Shown piece after piece: positions 12,173 through 25,220 of a stretch of DNA of 64,000 nt. This DNA comes from Squalus acanthias (lineage: Eukaryota), in assembly GCA_030390025.1 (NCBI GenBank), contig CM059433.1:30134001-30198000 (forward strand), read 5' to 3'. Made by a program: the position numbers and the translations under genes. Under the pieces are notes generated by a model. The model was given only the letters and a program-made list of their open reading frames with translations, did not search any database and was not told the DNA's origin. The stretch's first letter is position 1. Each line of letters opens with the position of its first letter.

Positions 12173-13821
12173 CGGCCAAATGGTCAAGATGCATACATTT
12201 ATGTCTGTTCTTGGGGGTAGCATTCCTCTACAGTGCTCTTTGATTTAGACATCCAGGCAGTGTGGACAGCATTGTATAGAAGCGTCTCCTGTGATGTTGG
12301 GTACTGCAGCCTCATCTTCCATTTTATTGCCATCTTGAAAAATTCCATTACTGTTATTGGCTTCTTGCACTAGGGTTTCTCCCTTGGCTCTTAAGAATAG
12401 GTCTTTACGCTTGGAGGTGCCAAGGATTTTTGGTAGAACAGAAAGCATTTGTCATTGAGGTTGAACATGCCCGTCCCCGTCTGTGGTACCGATGAGCATT
12501 GTCTGTTCTATAGACAAATCATCGGACATATTCCAGAATATTGGCTGTGGCAAGCAGACTTTCTTATTCTTTGATCTTTCTGGAACAGTTGGAGTCATTA
12601 CCTCCGAAGTTACCTACATTCCTTCCCTACTGTGGAACTAAACTTCCTATGGATCTATATCTAATGGGTGTAGATGATCAACAGTCTATCTCTTTCCGAT
12701 AGAGGAAACATTGCTTACAACTTGTCATTGATCTAACTTTGTGTTCTTGACTTCTTCCACCAAATACAGCAGTTAGTGCAAATCAAAGCATTCACTAGTT
12801 TTGGCCATCTGACGTATCCTGGTGATGATGATGCTGCTGGCACTGGGACATACAGTGATAGAGCTTGGTTATCTAGCCTCAGGATCAGAGTCTCCATTGT
12901 TGGATTTGCTGCATTGCCACCACCACTGTTGGCTTGAACAAGCTTCATTTTCAGTGTCCATAGGTATGGGCACATTTTGCTGAACAGAATGCCTCTGGCA
13001 GTGTTTCTTCATGTTATTGCTACTTTGACCTGGACTTTAATAGTTACTGGTTCTGCCTATATTGGAGGCTCTTGCATTCCATGAGCCTTAGTGCATCACC
13101 AGTGTCTCCTCGCAAAAAAGCATCCTGAGCTGATTTAGACTTCGATGCAGTCGACCGTATTTAGTCCTTTTTCTTTTACCTTTCAGCTGGTAAGCAGCAA
13201 TAGAAACCAAAGGGAGTATTTGGTTAACGTTCTACTGCACGTTTTAACTGGCAAGGGTCTCTTCAATAAGTGTTAATGGTCCATAAAGATAGAAAATATA
13301 GCATTCAATAATGTTTTTTCTCTTTATTTGGCAAGCTATTTTTATTTTTCTGCTTGTCCATGGTGCTGGATGACTTTTGCCATTCTTCAGTGTAGTTTTG
13401 CTTTGTGAGTGAACACAAATTAAGAGGAGCAGTGAACCTTTGGGGAGGTATATCTGTTTCGATTTCAGAATGATGCATACAAGTTGATGTAGTTTTGTAC
13501 AAGCATCCTTCAGTCTCATTCTGCACCCTTTTGCTCAGCCTCTGCTGCCCTGTAAAACATTGCAGGATACTTCTAATTGCTGTCAGCTGTGGACAAGTCA
13601 GCAAACCTTCATGGGAGAAATCACTTCAAGGTTCTTGATACTTGGTTTTGGAGGGGACATATGATGACCGCATTGGTATTGTCTTGGTTAAGCTTGTGTC
13701 TGACATCCATGTGTAGCTGGATAGTTAATGAATGAATGAAATTGGTATTTATTGTATAGATCTTTTTGTTCAGTAAATGTGATGAAGGTGATTTGGTATC
13801 AAAACCTAATATGGAAAGATC

Positions 13822-14135
13822 ATTGATGCTTCGAGATTACAACATGGAAATAGGCCATTTGACTCAACCAGTCAGTGTTGGCGTTTACCCTTCATGTGAA
13901 CAAACAGTCCTAATCACATTTACCCACCTTGTTTCCATATTTCTTCAATCCCTTTTCCTTCGTCCACCTATCCAATCTAATCTTGAATGTTGACATAGTT
14001 TTTGCCTCAATACTAACTCTGAAATGAATTCGAGTATCTCAACTCTGAAGAACTTTCTCCTGCCCTCTGTTCTAAATCTCTTGCATTTAATTGTGCATTG
14101 AAGAATGGCCCCTTATTCTTGACTCCTCAACTACT
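13822..14135 (-). mobile_element. Old degenerate CR1 3' end
   Basis: AACATGGAAATAGGCCATTT..., AACTTTCTCCTG, CCCCTTATTCTTGACTCC resemble the CR1 tails at 4158 and 35352. Confidence 0.55.
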
Positions 14136-16980
14136 AGATCAGAGCCACAGTTCAAAACAAATCCTGTTTTTATCCTTGTATTCCCATCATTATTTCCACT
14201 TCTATTAATTTGGGTGTGATGAGCTATAGTGCAACTGATTCTGACACACTTGTGCGAACACTCGCACTCACAATTTCTGCTCATTTCTCGAAGGCAGTGA
14301 CTCATATGGTTATTCTCCAGGCACTGAGTCTTCTAGTACTGCATCCAGCAGTTAATTTTAATGCATGAATCTAGATGGTGTGCGTTGGTGGCCATTCACT
14401 TGTAGGAACACTGCATCTATCCAATTGTGGGAACACTACAGCTAGGCTGATTCTGTTCTTCTCCACAAACCCCCTCCCTTTCCAGTGTACACATACTTAC
14501 AAGGGTCGCTGGGTAATGATGAGTAGGAACTATGACTGCCAATGTGTTTTTCTCCCCCTAGTCCAAGCACACAAGATAATTGTAGGGTTGCTGAGATTTA
14601 ACAGTGCAGAATGGGCATCAGATGTGGTACTTTGTTTCTATAGCTCTTGCTACACCATATGGTTTATTGACCTACTGAGCTATTGGAGTGGTTATGATAA
14701 CTGATTTTTTAAAACTTGGTATAAAGCAACTTAGGTTCAAAATTAGAGATTGTAATAGAAATCTCTAACTGTAATAGAAAACTGAACATTTTGGCATGTA
14801 ACCAAAATTAAAACATTGAATTGTAATTGTTCCTGTTGTATAAATAAGATTTGGTGATGGTATTAGTGATTATCCAAATGAGAGGTGATTAAACTAGGAA
14901 ACTTTGCTACCTGGAAATCAGGTACTGTGGAGTAGAAAAACTGATTGGCCTGGCTCCCCTAGTGTGAATTTCACATTTTGTTTGTCAAAAACCAGAAATA
15001 TTCATGGGCCTAATGGCGAAATTTGTCATCAGCACTGGAGCAAAGTGCTTGATGGGAATTGTCGTGGGACATCTGGGGGCAGGGGAGTGATGAGAGAGGC
15101 TGGAATCGCATTTGTTATCTCAAAAGTATTTCAGTATGATTGCTTGGAATCGGTAAAAATAATGTCTGGCTTGGCTGAGCCTAAGTGATTTGGTGTGTGC
15201 CACGGGCTAAATGTTGGCAATTGTACCAGGGGTTGATTGGGTTTAATTTGAAGCATATTTTTCTTTGAGGAATTGTTGCTTGTGTGTGGGGACAAAGTTT
15301 TTTTGACTAAATTGCTATACATTTAAGGCTTAAAGTGAATGCACATTTTTCTTGGCCTGTAAATGGTTCTAAACTTTAGAAGACCTAATGAAATACACAC
15401 ATTTAATTTGAACTTTTGTGACAACCCGTAATGTTATTTTACCTTAAGGTGTAATGATTTAATTGATTAAATATTTTTGTTCATTAAACAGTACCTGTGC
15501 ACTGTAGCAGATTCAAATGTTTCCTTTGTATCATATTAAATTCTTGCATGGTGCTATCAGACTAGTTTCCCATCTGCCTATGAACTACGAATTTAACATT
15601 TCAGTAACTTTCATACACACTTTCATGAAACATTGAGTTCCATTTGATGATGCGCATGCTCTGAGCTGTCCATTTGTCCTGCCTTCAGCTCTGTAAAAAG
15701 TGATGAGCCATCTCTACAACTTAAATATAGTGAAGCTAGTATTTCTGGCAGTAATACTAGCTTCTATTTAAATAATTCAAAATTCGACTTCAATTTTCAT
15801 ACATATTTGCCACATCACATTATCTGTTGAGCAAAAGGAGATGGGATGGGGGCTATGTTCTTAACTTTGTAACACAAAATCACATTTTCAGTGTACATGC
15901 CTAAAACGTAACCAGTCTCGTGGATCACAAATAAGAAATAAAAACAAAATCTATATCTGTATTTTCAGTCCATTCTGTTCATTTTTGAGTTACTGCTTTT
16001 TTTCCCGTTTTATTTCCTATGTACTTTTATTTTTTCATCAAGTTTCCTCCATGAATGCGTTGCTGGGGTACAGTTCCAAGTGTGACAGTTCCCCTAATGT
16101 ATGTTACCTAATTTGCCATTATTTACACGGTAGGTTTGATGGTGAGTGAAGGCAAGTGTGTTGATGGGTTATTAAAGCTACCCCTGCTTGAAATCCTTGC
16201 GCACACACCAATAGCAGGGGTCACTAGATAGTGATGAGTGGGAACCATTTCCTCCTTTGACCTCGCTAACCCAGGGGTGCCAAAGTAAATTGTAGCATTA
16301 CTCTTCCTGCCAATATTACTTGATGGTACCTGGCAACTTCCTGTCTGTGTGGATCAGCTACTTGTTATGTAAATCCATTAAGCCAGTAGGGATCTCTCGT
16401 GATGCTTGAACTGTTTTTAAATGATATACCATGATCACCATGGAATTTTCTGCCTTGGAGCAGAAGGCGAGGTCTTTTTCCGCCCCGCCACAGGAAGTTG
16501 GTGTATTGTTGGTAAATCACTCTTGTGTGCCACCTAGGACCAGCTCAAGAGTTCATAGGTTTGGGAGTATGTTGCATTGTTGCCATCTCGGGTGGGAAGG
16601 ATGTGTAGATTGGTTGAACCAAGGGTGGGAAATGACAAATGAAGAATCTCCCCAAGAGCAACTGCTTCTGGGAAAGCTTGAATTTAATCCAGTGGCTGCT
16701 GACTGCCAAACATTGGATTATTTACTTCCGCTAGTCCTTCAATCCCAAGTAAAGTGGTTAATGGGATTGTTAAATCAGTAATAGGCTTCCATTATTCAAT
16801 TTTTCATATTCTCCTGGTTTTTAGACATTGTTTTGCCATATTCTAGTAAAGAAAATTTAGTATTGAGTATAAATCTAGTGAAAATGTTGAACCCTGTTGG
16901 AGGATCTAGGAATGCACTGCAATTAATATCTGAAATATGTCATGCTTTTTATCTGTGCAGGAGTCCGAGTGGATGTCTTC

Positions 16981-17224
16981 ATGGATATTGTTGATATATT
17001 TAACCCCTTGATATCCACCGACCACTTGGATGACACTCTGATTTTAGAGGCAAACTTAGAAAGTGAAGTTTGTGATGATTGTGGCACAGAACCAGACATC
17101 CTGGGAGGTTCTTTAAGAAACATGCTGAGTGACAAAGATCCTATGCTAGGATCTGCTAGTGCACAGTTCAGCCTGCCCTTTTCAGATAATGAAGATGGCA
17201 ACTTTCAGCTAACTTGCTCAACAG
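16981..17224 (+). CDS. PHF3: PHF3 first coding exon (acceptor AG 16959-16960, exon from 16961, ATG 16981, donor GT 17225, phase 1)
   Basis: Translates MDIVDIFNPLISTDHLDDTLILEANLESEVC...LRNMLSDKDPMLGSASAQFSLP...NFQLTCST, recognisably the vertebrate PHF3 N-terminus (SDKDPMLGSAS motif). Canonical tgcag|G and ACAG|gtaggt splice sites. Confidence 0.95.
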
Positions 17225-18647
17225 GTAGGTCTGACTTACTTTTTGGCTCCAGTGCCTGCAAAAGCAATGTGGGCTAATGTAGCCATTTAGTACTTGTATG
17301 AGTGGGTGGGCAGGGTTCTCCCTTGGCAGATCTTCCCACCAAGCTTTCCTTTACAAAATGCCACTTGCACAGTGCCAAAGAGTCTCTAAAGTCACCTCTG
17401 GGTCTTCACAGGATCGTTAACTGTTTTACATTGGGGGAAAAATCTGCCTTTACCCTGGTGAGTTTTTAAACAACAAATAAATGGATGCAAGAGTAGAGAA
17501 CTACTATTGCAGCCAACAGGTATGCTGGGAGAACTTGGTGAATTATCGTTGTGTTGGCATATTGGAAGTTTATTTCCAATTTTGTGTTGTACATCCCTTG
17601 AAGCATGTTGGATTTAGTACTATACTATGTCTAAGATAACTTGGAATTTGATAAGTTTTGTAAGGGTATTCTCTTATTACAGCGGAGCCATGTAACACAT
17701 TTTCTGGCAATGACAGTCATGTCATAGTCTTCTAGTTGAGTTCATAATTGCAGTGCAAGGGTAGCTTGTATACTTTAACCTTTCTTCAGAGTATATGTTT
17801 CTGTAATTTAGATTAAAATAGTTTCTTAATGCAACTCATTAGTCATGCCAGCAATCGTTTAATCCATTCAGAATTCATTTGCAGTTTTTCAAGTGCTAGA
17901 AACTTATAATTTAGCAGTTTTAAAGGGAATTATTTTGTTTGAAGAATACATAGAATGAAATATGCCATTGTGCTTGTAATAGAGCTAATACTCATTATAA
18001 TTTTTGTGCACAGTATAACCAATATTAAGTTGCATAGTTAATACAGAAAATTATCATTTTATAAACAGTTTTATACTGTTGGCCAGTGCTTTATTGTTTT
18101 TGTTCACTTTTCTAGACATCTTTCTGAAGCCCAGTATACTGGGTGGAAATTATTTTATTACAGGTGTATTTATAGATAAGGGAAGAATTCAAAGACAAAA
18201 GGCAACTGGCTGTATTTTTATGTTGGAATGTGTTTAGAAAATGAAAGAGTTGCAAATAGTCATATTTTAAAATTGTAGAATAATCTACTGAAGTTGACAA
18301 ATCTGTTAAAGATGTTTTCTTTCCTAACCTAATTTTTTTTATTCTTTGCTCATAACAAAATAGAGAGTTTAATCACATTTTGTGTTCCTTTTGAAAATGG
18401 GCTTGCTGACTGTTTTAGATGTGGAAATTTAAAGATTTTGTGCATTACTGCAACTTTTTTTGGAGACTCCCCACCTGCACTTTTCCCAGTTGCCACATCT
18501 GGAGCAACAGTTCATTGTAACTACTGTAAAAATGTAATCTTGCAATAATGCATAAACACTAGTGAGGAATTACTGGTTATGAACCAACATCAGATTGTTA
18601 CAAAACGAACTTTGACGGTATTCCGTTTCTTAAACAATGGAGCTTGG

Positions 18648-19010
18648 GGGGACTTATCCCAATGGCTCAGTAAGTAACTGAGTCTGTCAAACCAGGAAGG
18701 GACCAGAGTCATTGCTGAATTAGCTGATTTCAACTTGGGTGATGGTAGTGCGGCACTGCATTTGGCTTGGCACCCATCTGTTAGGGAGAGGAAGAGAAAT
18801 CAGCCATGGTTCCCATGCTTGATTCCTATTAGAGACTACTGGAAAGTGTGCAAGCTTGAACTCTGGGGGGAAGGGAAGAGTTGGGCTTTAGCTGTGACTT
18901 CCCCACTTAATTGAATACATTGTGAAGACTGGCCTCTTAGGTATCTAAGGGTTACTGACAGCTGAGGAACTGTACCACAGCCCATATTGGTGGGGTAGTG
19001 GGGAGGGAGA
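18648..19010 (+). mobile_element. Old SINE-like repeat family (related degenerate copies on the - strand at ~10670-10750, ~14340-14690, ~16050-16400, ~25440-25830)
   Basis: Shared blocks GCTGA.TTAGCTGAT.TCA.C, GGTTCCCA, GGAACTGTACC recur among these loci; tRNA-like TGGCTCAGT head. Family name not assigned. Confidence 0.55.
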
Positions 19011-19260
19011 AGGAAAACTGAAGAAGTATAGAGTGGCAACAGCAGTAAATGAAAAAGTGGACACCTGTTGGAAGGGATATTGGGTGCCCTGTCTTTGTAT
19101 TGTTCTGAGATGAGTCCATGACCATGACATTTGCTGTTTGTAGGGTTTGGATGGGGCAGACTGGCAGTGTGTGTTAACTTTCCTGAGAACATGGTCAGCC
19201 TGTGAATGATAGGAGGAAGAAATAATTGATGTTTTCTTTGGGTAGGCAAAGGTCTTGTAA

Positions 19261-22200
19261 ATGCGCATTTTGGCTGCCGCTCCGGACCCGAGCCGTTCAC
19301 TTCTATTCCCACTTTTTTCTCCCCCTTTTTCTTTTCTCTCTCCCTTCCTGACTGATCTCTCCTGTCGTCATGCCGCCTTTCATCTCTCCTTTCTTGGCTA
19401 CTCTGCCCTCCCAAATCCCTACCCCAACTCTTCATTAATCTTCGACCTTCCTACTCTTCTGCTGCTGTCCCAGGCTTGACTTCACAGAATCACAGAATCC
19501 CCACAGTGCAGATAGAGGCCATTTCGGCCCATCGAGCCTGCACTGACACATATCCCACCCTATCCCCGTAACCCCACGTATTTAATCCCCCCCATAACAC
19601 TAAGGGTCAATTTATCATAGCCAAATCAACCTAACCCGCACATCTTTGGACTGTGGGAGGAAACCGGAGCACCCGGAGGAAACCCACGTAGACACGGGGA
19701 GAATGTGCAAACTCCACACAGACAGTCACCCGAGGCCGGATTCGAACCCGGGTCCCTGGCGCTGTGAGGCAACAGTGCTAACCACTATGCCACCGTGTTG
19801 CCCCTCTTCGATAAGCCTACAGCTTCCCTCTGTGCTCACCGTGGCACTCGTCGCTGCCCCCTCACGAGTAGCAACCCCAACTGTCCCATTCTATTCTCTC
19901 TCCAGCCTTCCTGCCCAGTGCGCCTGCGTGGGGCTAATCTTGCCAATCTCCTCCTGTCCAACTCGCCCCTCGAAGTGCTGACCCTGTGGATGCTGGCAGT
20001 GGATCAGCCATCACCGACTCTCTCCGCATCTCCCTGCAGAATGTCCGTTCACTTGTGAACAAGGCCCTTGCCATCCATGAGCTTATTGTGGATGATTGCA
20101 TCGATATCATGGTCCTGACGGAAACTTGGCTGAGGGATGATGACACCTTACCCTTAAATGAAACCTCCCCGCCTGGCTATACCTTCCACCACTTGCCCCG
20201 CCCAGACCGCTGTGGTGTCAGTGTGGCTCTCCTCACCAAATCACACCTTGGTCTGTCCCCCTACTCCTCTGGCACTTTCTCCTCGTTTGAGCATCTCACC
20301 TTGTTCCACACCTCTCATTTAAAATTCTTGTTCTCTACCGCCCACCCAAGTACGACAAAAATTTTATCACCGAGATATCTTCACTGCTTTCCTCCCATAG
20401 CCTCTGCACCCAGCGACTTCTCATCCTCGGTGATTTCAACCTCGTATCAATTCATCGTGCTCTCTCTCCTCTGAGTTCACTACCCTCCTATCCTCCCTTA
20501 ATCTCTCCCTCCATGTGAACTCCCCAACCCCTATTCACGGCCATCACCTTGACTTTGCCACCTCTCATGGCCTCGCTACTCCCACCGTGTCAGTCACAGA
20601 TAAGGCCATCTCTGACCACTTCCTTGTATCGCTCTCCACCTACATCCCCCTTCCCCCACCCAACCCTACTTCCTTCTGTGTCCGCCCCTGGAAAAAACTC
20701 TCCCAACTCTTACAACTGCACTTACGAAATCCCAACTGTCCAGCCTTTGGCCCTCCATTCACCATGACATTTCTGCAGCTACCGATCTGCTCAACCACAC
20801 CCTCACCACCACTTTTGATGCCCTAGTCCCTATTAAAACCATTACTCTCTCACCCTGGCCGTTCCCCCTGGTACGGCCCTCATCTTCGCTCCCTCAAATC
20901 CAAGGGATGCAGACTTGAACGGATATGGCAGACAACTGGTTTAGCCATTCACTGCCAGATCTAGCTGGACCACATAAAGCATTATTGGGTCCTACTCTTT
21001 TCTGCCAAAACTGCTCGCTATTCCAGGATCATTCTGGAATGCGAAGATAACCCCTGGCTACTATTCTCTACTGCTAACAGTCTTCTTAAACCCCTCTCCC
21101 TTGGCTCCTCCACCCTCACCTCCAACAACGTGTGAGGAGCTCATGGACTTCTTTGTCTGCCATATCCCTTCCCCTAGCCCACCGGGCCAAACCTCCTCTA
21201 AGGTTCCCCCCCCCTGCCCTAGGCCTGAACTTGCATCTTTCTCTAGTTTCTTTCTGATCTCCCCTCTTGACCTCGCCATGCTCATCTTGCCCATGGGACC
21301 CACTTCCTGCTCCCTGGACCCTATTCCCACTAAAGTGCTAACCACCCAACTTCCTTTTCTGGCTCCCATGTTAGCTGACATTGTTAACGGTTCCCTCTCC
21401 TTCAAATCTGCCGTCATCAGTCCTCTCCTCAAAAAAAAAACATCCCTTGACCCCTCCGTCCTTGCAAATTACCGCCCCATCTCCAACCTCCCTTTCCTCT
21501 CCAAAGTCCTTGAATGTGTTGTCGCCTCCCAAATCCATGCCCTTCTTTCCTGGAACTCCATGTTTGAATTCCTTCGATCTGGTTTCCGCTCCTGCCACAG
21601 TACCGAAACGGCTCTCATCAAAGTCACAAATAACATCCTTTGTGACTGACAAAGGTAAACTATTCCTCCTCATCCTTCTCGACCTGTCTGCAGCCTTTGA
21701 CACAGTTGACCACTCCATCCTTCTCCAACACCTCTCCACCGTCGTCCAGCTGGGTGGGACTGCACTCGCCTGGTTCCATTCTTATCTCTCTAATCGTAGC
21801 CAGAAAATCACCTGCAATGGCTTCTCTTCCCGCTCCCGCATTGTTACCTCTGGTGTCCCCCAAGGATCTATCCTTGGCCCCCTCCTATTTCTCATCTACA
21901 TGCTGCTCCTTGGCGACATTATCCAAAAACATGGCGTCAATTTCCACATGTACGCTGACGACACTCAGCTCTACCTCACCGCCACTTCTCTCAACCCCTC
22001 CATGATCTCTAAATTGACACACTGCTTGTCCGACATCCAGTACTGGATGAGCAGAAATTTTCTCCAATTAAATATTGGGAAGACCGAAGCCATTGTCTTT
22101 GGTCCCCGCCACAAACTCCGTTCCCTAGCCACTGACTCCATCCCTCTCCCTAGCATCTGTCTAAGGCTGAATCAGACTGTTCGCTACCTTGGTGTCATAT

Positions 22201-22875
22201 TTGACCCTGAAATGAGCTTCTGACCACACATCCGTGGCATAACTAAGACCGTTTATTTCCACCTCTGTAACATTGCTCGTCTCCGCCCTGCCTCAACTCA
22301 TCTGCTGCTGAAACCCTCAACCATGCCTTTGCTACCTCTAGACTTGACTATTCCAACACACACCCGGCTGGCTCTAGCCTACATAAACTTGAGGTCATCC
22401 AAAACTCAGCTGCCCGTGTCCTAATGCGCACCAAGTCCCGTTCACTTATCACCCCTGTGCTCGCTGACCTCCATTGGCTCCCGGTTAAGCAACGCCTCGA
22501 TTTCAAATTTCACATCCTTGTTTTCAAATCCCTCCCTGGCCTCGCCCCTCCCTATCTCTGTAATCTCCAGCCCCACAACCCCCTGACATATCTGCACTCC
22601 TCTAATTCTGCCCTCTTGAGCATCCCTGATTATAATCGTTCAGCCATTGGTGGCCTTCTGTTGCCTAGGCCCTAAGCTCTGGAATTCCCTGCCTAAACCT
22701 CTCTGCCTCTCTTTCCTCCTTTAAGACACTCCTTAATGTACCTCTGACCAAGCTTTGTCATCTGCCCTAGTTTCTTATATGGCTCGGTGTCAAATTTTTG
22801 TCTCCATAATACACTTGTGAAGCGCCTTGGGATGTTTTACTACGTTAAAGGCGCTATATAAATACAAGTTGTTGT
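19261..22875 (+). mobile_element. L2-clade LINE, near full ORF2 length, frameshifted (APE + RT)
   Basis: APE motifs LQNVRSL...LTETWL (19986..20474); NYRPISNLPFLSKVLE; LLDLSAAFDTVDH; GVPQGSILGPLLF; YADDTQLY; LHWLPVKQRLDFK. Tail AAGGCGCTATATAAATACAAGTTGTTG. Confidence 0.95.
19483..19804 (-). mobile_element. V-SINE (HE1-like) inserted in the L2 5' region
   Basis: - strand: tRNA head GGTGGCATAGTGGTTAGC...GGGTTCGAATCC; V-domain GTGGAGTTTGCACATTCTCCCCGTG...GGGTTTCCTCCGGGTGCTCCGGTTTCCTCCCACA; CR1-like tail GATGGGCCGAAATGGCCT...(GATTCTGT)2. Confidence 0.9.
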
Positions 22876-24286
22876 ATGTGGTTGGGCCAGGTAGTATCGA
22901 AATATTCACCATGCCAAACCATCTAGAAAGGGGGTTGTTACCATACTTGAGCTTTGTGGTAAAATTCTGGCTAAAAACATACTCTTGTCCAAGATAAAAG
23001 CTATCTTGGTATCTTGCCGAGTAATGACAAGTGCATTCCTTATGTTCTGTGTCTATGGAGTGCAATCTGTTTATTACCTGGATGGTTCATTCGTCATTAC
23101 ATTAACCATTACCATAGACATTTGCAGCTGTGAAGTTGTTAAGTACTAAAGGAGACGTGCTGCACCATAATTCCTGAATGTTACAATTGGAAATGTGTGT
23201 GCACTTTCTGGTATGTCTTTCTGTGTGCTACTGTTTTATGACTTATGGGTAGACAGTCTGGAAGCAGACTTCTTGTACATGTCATATTGCAGGAAATTCT
23301 GCACTGAATCAGAACATGGTACCATGGGCAGCAACTCGGGTTGGAGTAGAACTTCCTGCTGTCACATCAGGGGAGTTTACATTCTTGCTACCTATGATCA
23401 GCTATTCTTAAACTATAAAGCACAGTAACAAAAATGGCACCAAGACATTAGTAATTACTAGATCTCCTGTGACGTTGCACACAGGGGGTCGGGACCAAAT
23501 ACAGCCTTCAGGTGTAGTGGTGTTAGAGGGCGGGGGATAATTGAACCAGGGCGCACGGATCTAATTCAGTCCCCATTTTAAAGTCATATATTCTGTCGTC
23601 TTTTTTATATAATACTTTGATTTAAAAAATAGTTAAATGATAAAACTGGCAAATTTAGGAAGCAGTCGAGTTGGTTGGAGCACAAGAGTTCTTCTGCAGT
23701 ACAAGCTGAGGAGCTAAGAGATGTAAAACTGAGGCGCATAGCACTACCATCAGCAGGAGGCTGTAATTAGCGTGAAAAATTTACATAGGCAGTTTCTGTT
23801 ACCAATGTGGACACAGGAATTTATAATGGTCAAGTTGACAAGAGTGACAACAGAAATTACTTCCTGTAATATTTTGTAGACAGGCAGTGCATACAGATGT
23901 TTTTAATGCAGATGTAGGTAACTGCCTCCCTTTTAAGAACGGTTAGGCATTTTGCAGCAATTCAGTAGACTGGCTTTTAATGGCACTAAATTGTGGAGTT
24001 TAAGGCAGATTCAGGATTTCTGGCTGGGACCCATCTCTTTGGATGAGGTGATGTCACTTTTTGTAGTCTATAAAATTGTCTTCTATGTTTTAGTTTGTGC
24101 AAGAATTTAGGAAAAAATATGCAATAAGGTGCTGTATAAATGCAAGTTTTGTTAATGTGCATGCTCCTATTTTATTGGCAATTATACTTTGCTATCTTTA
24201 ATTGTAAAATTAGTATACAAAGAGCATAACTTAAAAATATCGATGGATTTGCAGTAGCAAATACAAGATTTTCTCTCTCTTTCCAG

Positions 24287-24448
24287 TTGCTGAACTTGAG
24301 CTCACTGATGAGAGTGACATAAAAGAAAGTGGCCTTGATACTATGGAGGAAGAGGATTTGTCAGAATTATCCAGCAAAAAAACAAAGGCTAAATCTCAAA
24401 AATCTGCTGCGCAGTCACCTCGAAAATCCCCACGTTTGTTGGCCCAGG
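24287..24448 (+). CDS. PHF3: PHF3 coding exon 2 (162 nt, phase 1/1); not in the ORF track
   Basis: ttttctctctctttccag acceptor. Reads (V)AELELTDESDIKESGLDTMEEEDL...QSPRKSPRLLAQ, matching the PHF3 SPRKSPRL motif. Donor CAGG|gtaag. Frame is continuous with both neighbouring exons. Confidence 0.92.
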
Positions 24449-24839
24449 GTAAGATGTCATAAAATATTTTTCTAGATTTTCATAGTGGTGACTAAACTTT
24501 TATTTAAATCCTTTTATCAGGTTTACTTCTTCTATATGTTAAATGCAGCATTTGTAAGACTTCAGGTCTGGGCTAATCAAATTTGCATATTGAAATGTAC
24601 TTTAGCGAGTGTAACTGTACTATATGTATTAATATTTAAAACTTCTGTTATAGTTAGGTTTTAAATACTAGCAATCTTACATGTGTATAATTCTATGTAT
24701 TTTCTATTTTATACTAGCTATATTGGTTAAAGTCCTACTTGTTTAGGTTGCTCTTTTATATTTAATGTGTGAAGATGGAACTGTGCACTAGATTTTACAG
24801 TAATAATTGGAGATTTGCTTTTCCTTGCCTATTTTACAG

Positions 24840-25220
24840 GTATATTCATATCTTTATCTGCAACCTCAAGTCAGCCCTGTAACCCCTCTCATTTCCATCA
24901 CTCCTCTAACATTAGTCTGCTCCTTGTTTCCATCCTCTATGCATCTTATCGCTACATTTTGTCATTGCCGAACAGCACATGAGTGCATCCTCTACGTCCA
25001 TTTTGGCCACTGTTTATTCACTATGCCCCGTCTTCTGGAGCTCAATCCCTAAATCTTTATGCCCCATCTCTTCTCTTTCTGCTTTCAAAAGTCTTCTCGA
25101 AACCTTCCTTTTACTATTTGGCTCCCATCCCCTAATACCCCATCTACCATTTTTTTACTTCTCTGCACTATTGAGTGTTCTGAGTTGTCTTTCTATGTGA
25201 GGAATGCTCTATAAATACAT
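24840..25220 (+). mobile_element. Degenerate L2 3' fragment
   Basis: CTCTGGA..TC..TCCCTAAA.CT and GCTCTATAAATACA resemble 22670-22870. Confidence 0.5.

Noticed and set aside
12200..13700. Decayed DIRS-like or other coding retroelement (similar impression at 31900-32900)
   Set aside because: Only vague motif echoes (CCPVK, LLGLVPWA) with no continuous frame; cannot be supported without a profile search.
19725..19804. tRNA gene (also SINE heads at 2650 and 59975)
   Set aside because: The A/B boxes are SINE heads continuous with SINE bodies and LINE-derived tails.
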